The notes below the pieces were generated by a model. That model had not been told where the DNA came from. It saw nothing but the letters and a program-made list of their open reading frames with translations, and ran no database searches. Positions 62,390-64,000 of a stretch of DNA of 64,000 nucleotides are shown in pieces. Positions within the stretch are counted from its first letter, which is position 1. The number at the start of each line of letters is the position of its first letter. The stretch spans positions 64,001 through 128,000 of IMG/VR virus record IMGVR_UViG_3300035681_000001; one strand, written 5' to 3'. Source of the DNA: a virus. A program made the translations under genes and the position numbers.

Positions 62390-62474
62390 GCACCCCCTAA
62401 ACGTGCTAGCACATACGGGGGAAACTACTACTACTTATTAGTACACGGGGGCAAGTTTATAACCTTAACGTACA

Positions 62475-62527
62475 TCCGGAAACGGGGGTTTTTTTGTCCT
62501 GGCAATTCAGCTAGGCGTTAACACCCA
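62475..62527 (+). terminator. Array element E12 (degenerate first hairpin)
   Basis: TCCG-GAAA-CGGGGG-T7-GT-CCTGGC-AATTCA-GCTAGG-CGTTAACACCCA. Confidence 0.7.
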
Positions 62528-64000
62528 TGGTTAAAATGACCCGCACCCGCCGCCAAGCAACTGCAGCTAAGGCTGCACGCATCAAAGCCTCCCAAGTTAA
62601 AAGTGCACGTCGTGCACTCCAGTTGCAATTTGACTACTACAACTTTGAATTAGTAACTGCAGGCAAAGCTGCGGTTGCATGGAACGAATCTGGAAAAGCT
62701 ACACCTATAAAATTTGTTACCGGTACCGGTACCAGCCAAGCTTCTGGTTGGTACCAAGAAGCTTGTACCAAAGCTGCTGCGGTAGCAGCGGAAGCTGTTG
62801 CTAGAACAGCACGTAAAACTGAACAAGCGGCACGTGCTCCTTGGGAGCAGCTTTGGGTGCTGCTTAAAGCTCAATATGGGCTGCAATTCAGTATTACTGC
62901 TGCTGAGTGGGAATCCCGGCAGTTAGATGCTGCTAAAGCTAAAGCTTTAGGACTTAGGTCTCCTAAACTTTCAAAAGCCCTAGTAGCTTTAGGGGTACCT
63001 ACCTCAGAAGTCTCCTTATTGTTAGGAGCTACTAAAACGGCGGTAACAGCTGCCGCAACTAACACAGACACTTGGGTGTCTAGTGATCTTAAAGACCTGT
63101 GGGATCAAGGCAATTCTAAACACTACTCAAGCTGTCAAGCTACTGACAGCCGTGCGGCTTGGGGTGGTGATACAAATTGGTGTGACATAGCTGCAGAAAC
63201 TAAGCACCTAGGTCAGCACCTGTTCTTATGGCTAATAGGCCAGAGGATGTCCATAGATGGCACCGGTTTTACGGCACGTGCTAAATTACGCGTGCTGTAT
63301 TATGACGAGGAGGCTACCGAGATAGCTGGTCTTTACATAGACCGCCCTTACGGAGCAGCGAGTACGTTAAAAGCTGGGTTAGCTCAGCTAGCTGAGTGGT
63401 GGGCTACTCGCAGCCACACTCCTATCTTTATGCCCACTACGTGGGAACGCCGAGACGGTGCCGGCAATGACTTTCAGTACCAATATGGTGGGCTACACGA
63501 GGAAAAACTATATTCACCCTCATCAACCTCAGGCTACCAGGACACCTGCACGCAGGGTGCCGGACCTTACGACTTTATGGTGCCAGTAGCACAACACGGC
63601 AGCCTTATACGGCGTGCTTTTACCGCACGTCCCAAAGAAGGTAACGTGTACCTACTGCCCCTAGCAGCAGTTAAGTACAACCCTCAAACTGATAAGTTTA
63701 CGGTACCTAAAGTGGCTACTAGGTCAGCACGGAGGCCTATTACGGAATCCTACCGCTATGTACGTAGTTTAGCTGTCAGCCTTGGGCTAACCGACTTTAA
63801 ATATGTTGGACAACAAGGAGTCGGCTATGGCACTCCTACCACTATTTACCAAGCAGGTAGTTATAAGTTTTTCGTCAACAAGAACTTAATACAACTAACT
63901 GATGACATGGGCCACACTACATACTGTGAGTGGGAAGAAGGAAGGCTGACAGTAAAAGAAGGTAATGTAGAATTAGGCTTAGTAATATCACAATCCTTAC
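62527..64000 (+). CDS. Hypothetical protein (at least 491 aa, runs off the window; absent from the track)
   Basis: ATG 62527 (or 62536); manual translation stays open to base 64000 (MVKMTRTRRQATAAKAARIK...). Confidence 0.8.
   Translation, partial: MVKMTRTRRQATAAKAARIKASQVKSARRALQLQFDYYNFELVTAGKAAVAWNESGKATPIKFVTGTGTSQASGWYQEACTKAAAVAAEAVARTARKTEQAARAPWEQLWVLLKAQYGLQFSITAAEWESRQLDAAKAKALGLRSPKLSKALVALGVPTSEVSLLLGATKTAVTAAATNTDTWVSSDLKDLWDQGNSKHYSSCQATDSRAAWGGDTNWCDIAAETKHLGQHLFLWLIGQRMSIDGTGFTARAKLRVLYYDEEATEIAGLYIDRPYGAASTLKAGLAQLAEWWATRSHTPIFMPTTWERRDGAGNDFQYQYGGLHEEKLYSPSSTSGYQDTCTQGAGPYDFMVPVAQHGSLIRRAFTARPKEGNVYLLPLAAVKYNPQTDKFTVPKVATRSARRPITESYRYVRSLAVSLGLTDFKYVGQQGVGYGTPTTIYQAGSYKFFVNKNLIQLTDDMGHTTYCEWEEGRLTVKEGNVELGLVISQSL

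Noticed and set aside
62319-62392. Hammerhead ribozyme or tRNA
   Set aside because: No CTGANGA/GAAA catalytic core, no cloverleaf and no T-loop motif.
59109-62527. CRISPR array
   Set aside because: Repeats are terminator-like and variable, intervals are about 130-600 nt and mostly protein-coding with RBSs, and no cas genes are present.
59109-62527. Integron cassette array
   Set aside because: No integrase in the window; GTTAACA does not fit GTTRRRY and the elements lack paired attC R/L boxes. Recombination between elements remains possible.
59376-63071. Minus-strand ORFs in the array, and plus-strand 60605-60829
   Set aside because: They run across the elements or oppose genes that fit the units exactly.
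1-64000. Stop-codon reassignment, tRNA/rRNA genes, lysis cassette
   Set aside because: The standard code gives dense, overlapping full-length ORFs with all three stops in use. I saw no tRNA, rRNA, holin or free endolysin signature by eye; tRNAscan-SE would settle the tRNA point.

Overview
This 64 kb window is part of a large tailed bacteriophage genome with a contractile tail; no host genes are evident. A cyanobacterial host is a tentative guess based on the muramidase type. Bases 1-58,770 are a rearranged virion module, mostly on the minus strand. It holds a tape-measure-like ORF of at least 3,924 aa that the ORF track missed (PLD, muramidase and M23 domains), a terminase with two inteins, baseplate, spike, hub, tube and sheath genes, neck genes, capsid, a Mu-type protease and portal, a tail chaperone with a GGGAAAG -1 frameshift site, PAAR and Dps. 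On the plus strand lie SWIM and dUTPase genes and a 3,211-aa single-chain two-barrel RNA polymerase fused to a double-HKD PLD domain. An A-rich triple repeat (58.8-59.05 kb) separates this module from a plus-strand array of short, probably early, genes. Twelve near-identical elements punctuate the array: a GC hairpin (mostly GNRA/UNCG loop) plus T6-7, followed at once by a second, covarying hairpin. One unit encodes a 31-aa peptide with a lambda/P22 N-type RRxERRxKL motif, and one unit holds a three-way-junction structured sequence instead of an ORF. The best candidate for an undescribed system is this set: PLD-fused virion RNAP, terminator-punctuated array, N-like peptide and structured RNA. 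All family assignments come from motifs read by eye, with no database searches.
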